Shown here: in pieces, positions 59,981-64,000 of the stretch | Layout of the letters: the number at the start of each line of letters is the position of its first letter | How positions within the stretch are numbered: position 1 is the first letter of the stretch | Source of the DNA: the human T2T-CHM13v2.0 reference genome, Homo sapiens | Strand: one strand, 5' to 3' | Assembly (NCBI RefSeq): GCF_009914755.1 | Contig: NC_060948.1 | DNA: 64,000 nt | Made by a program: the position numbers and the translations under genes | The notes under the pieces: generated by a model | Seen by the model: the letters and a program-made list of their open reading frames with translations, nothing else | Told to the model about the DNA's origin: nothing | The model's database searches: none

Positions 59981-60272
59981 TTTTTTTTTAGACAGAATCT
60001 TGTCCTGTTGCACAGGGTGGGGTACAATGACGCCATCTTTGCTCACTGCAACTTCTGCCTCACGGGTCCAAGCGATTGTCCTCCCTCAGCCTCCCAGGTA
60101 GCTGGGACTACACCACACTGGGACTACACCAGCTGCCACCATGCCTAGCTAATTTTTTGGATTTTTAGTAGTGACAGCGTTTCACTGTATTGGCCAGGAT
60201 GGTCTTGATCTCTTCACCTTGTGATCCCCTTGCCTTGGCCTCCAAATTTGCTGGGATTACAGGCCTGAGCCA
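59981..60272 (-). mobile_element. Diverged Alu, unit 25
   Basis: Tandem copy of 1991-2282. Confidence 0.95.
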
Positions 60273-62376
60273 AGATCCATATTTTTTAAATGAAAAAAAA
60301 TTTCAAAGGTACTCTGCTTGGTACAATAATCAAATGTATAAACTGAGGAATAAAACATAACCATGAAACCTACTTATAACTGCATATGGAAAATACAGAG
60401 GATAATTTTTTAAATAACATATTTTGAAAGCCTTAACTAGTAATTTGAAGAGTTGGCATTTGAAAGGCCAGTATGAATATACCTTCAAAGCAGCAACACA
60501 GGTTCCCCATGAGAAAAAGCAAACACAGGGAAAATAAAAACACAAAGGTTCAATCTCTTCTGACCTTTGAAAGACACAGCACAGACAGTGGTCCTTAGGA
60601 CGAAGAGCAGGAGACCCCTAATTCCGTCACCATGGCGATAGGGCATAAACATTGCTGGGTGAGGGCACAATCCACATTGTGAGGTCCAACTGCTGCCAGG
60701 AAGACAGGAGTGCTTTTACATAGACCGAAAGGTCATTGAAGGCTCAGAGTTTTCTTTCAAGAACTGAATCCCAAGCCCACACGTTATTAGGCTGCGCTTC
60801 TTAAAACAAGTTATGAGATGGGAAAAAGGGCACCCACAAACATACGTATACATTATGTATATAATAATATACAGTATCATATATATAATATATATAACCT
60901 ATGTATAATATTGTTTTACATCCTGCATCTTATGTTATATATATTGTATAAAATATAATAATTGATAATATATAAGTTTTATAATTATACAATATGACAT
61001 ATAGTATATATTATAATTTATGACATATATAATATATGTTATATGTCACATATAGAATATATTATACGGTTAATACACGTATTAAATATAAATTATACAT
61101 TATATATATTATATATAATATATCTGTTATATATAATACCCATTATGCATAATATATATATTATGTCTATGTTATATATAGTATAAAACAACATATAATA
61201 ATATATAATTGTATATATAAAATGCGACATATAATATATATTATATTTTATAACATATGTAATATATATTATATATTATATATAATACGTTGTATGTATA
61301 ATACCTATATTAAATATATATTATATGACTATGTTATTAATTACATGTCACATGTGTTATATATTATATATTTTACATAGAATATACCGGTTACATACAA
61401 TATATACTATGTTACCTATAATGTATAATTTATTACATGTAAAATAAAGAATGCAATATATTATGTAAAATTTATAATATACCATATGTGGAATGTGATA
61501 TATATAACATATAATATATGATATATGATGTCAAGTATATGATATATAACATACAATATATGATTCCTAATATATATGGTATACAATATATATTTTATGA
61601 TATGTATTCTATATGTTTTATATTCTGTTATATATAACTATTTGAAATTATATATAACTGTATAATATTTTATGTAAATATGTAATATAATATATATAAC
61701 TATATAATATATTATATATAACTATATATTATGTTATATATACTTTTATAACATAATTTACATAAAATATCATAATATAATATATATTATATTATTTCAT
61801 ATTACATAAAATATATTACATATCACCCAATATAACTAACATACATAATATTATAATATAGATTGTATTATGTTATAATAAATATCATATATATCATATA
61901 TCATATATTCTATAATATATATTACACATTATATAATATGTATGTTGTCTATTATGTGATATATATAACTATATATATAATTATATTTTTATACATATAA
62001 CTAGATAAATATGTAATTCTATATATTTTCATTTATAATATGTAGAATTATATAATCATATATTATTATTTATATTCTAAAAAAATTTTATCATTATATA
62101 AATTATAATATATAAAAATTATAATATGTACTACAAATATATATATTATATATCATATATGCTATAGTACCTTTGTTATATATCATAATACATATAAATG
62201 TGTATTATGTTATCTATAATTATATAATTTCATATATAAGTTGTATAATATGTATCATATATTATATATGTTATGTAATATATATAGTATATATAAGATG
62301 ACACAGGATAAATATTATATACTATGACATATAAAATATATGAGGTTATATGTTACATATAAGGCATAGCACATAA

Positions 62377-62691
<315 letters not shown>

Positions 62692-64000
62692 AGATCCATA
62701 TTTTTTAAATGAAAAAAAATTTCAAAGGTACTCTGCTTGGTACAATAATCAAATGTATAAACTGAGGAATAAAACATAACCATGAAACCTACTTATAACT
62801 GCATATGGAAAATACAGAGGATAATTTTTTAAATAACATATTTTGAAAGCCTTAACTAGTAATTTGAAGAGTTGGCATTTGAAAGGCCAGTATGAATATA
62901 CCTTCAAAGCAGCAACACAGGTTCCCCATGAGAAAAAGCAAACACAGGGAAAATAAAAACACAAAGGTTCAATCTCTTCTGACCTTTGAAAGACACAGCA
63001 CAGACAGTGGTCCTTAGGACGAAGAGCAGGAGACCCCTAATTCCGTCACCATGGCGATAGGGCATAAACATTGCTGGGTGAGGGCACAATCCACATTGTG
63101 AGGTCCAACTGCTGCCAGGAAGACAGGAGTGCTTTTACATAGACCGAAAGGTCATTGAAGGCTCAGAGTTTTCTTTCAAGAACTGAATCCCAAGCCCACA
63201 CGTTATTAGGCTGCGCTTCTTAAAACAAGTTATGAGATGGGAAAAAGGGCACCCACAAACATACGTATACATTATGTATATAATAATATACAGTATCATA
63301 TATATAATATATATAACCTATGTATAATATTGTTTTACATCCTGCATCTTATGTTATATATATTGTATAAAATATAATAATTGATAATATATAAGTTTTA
63401 TATTTATACAATATGACATATAGTATATATTATAATTTATGACATATATAATATATGTTATATATCATATATAGAATATATTATACGGTTAACATACGTA
63501 TTAAATATAAATTATGCATTATATATATTATATATAATATATCTGTTATATATAATACCCATTATGCATAATATATATATTATGTCTATGTTATATATAG
63601 TATAAAACAACATATAATAATATATAATTGTATATATAAAATGCGACATATAATATATATTATATTTTATAACATATGTAATATATATTATATATTATAT
63701 ATAATACGTTGTATGTATAATACCTATATTAAATATATATTATATGACTATGTTATTAATTACATGTCACATGTGTTATATATTATATATTTTACATAGA
63801 ATATACCGGATACATACAATATATACTATGTTACCTATAATGTATAATTTATTACATGTAAAATAAAGAATGCAATATATTATGTAAAATTTATAATATA
63901 CCATATGTGGAATGTGATATATATAACATATAATATATGATATATGATGTCAAGTATATGATATATAACATACAATATATGATTCCTAATATATATGGTA

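Overview
The whole 64 kb window is one uninterrupted head-to-tail tandem array of a ~2.42 kb unit: 26 complete copies plus a 1,171 bp partial copy, all in one orientation. Unit starts, taken at TAAATAACAT, are 1, 2421, 4839, 7259, 9678, 12098, 14518, 16931, 19344, 21757, 24170, 26583, 28996, 31409, 33822, 36235, 38648, 41061, 43481, 45900, 48319, 50738, 53157, 55574, 57993, 60411 and 62830. Each unit has three parts: a ~570 bp mixed-composition HSATI-like segment, a ~1.55 kb extremely AT-rich low-complexity tract, and a diverged ~290 bp minus-strand Alu with a private 16 bp internal duplication. This architecture, the unit length and a predicted 2,146 bp HaeIII fragment match the known human DYZ2 / HSat1B satellite, most likely Yq12 heterochromatin. 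There are no credible protein-coding genes; the ORFs recur only because the unit recurs. I found no new biological system. The real signal is the array's internal history: two homogenised sub-blocks (eleven 2,413 bp units and a 2,419 bp haplotype), chimeric units with mappable switch points, divergent units at block borders and CpG decay. A few speculative regulatory motifs are also noted. Variants were called by eye, not by computed alignment.
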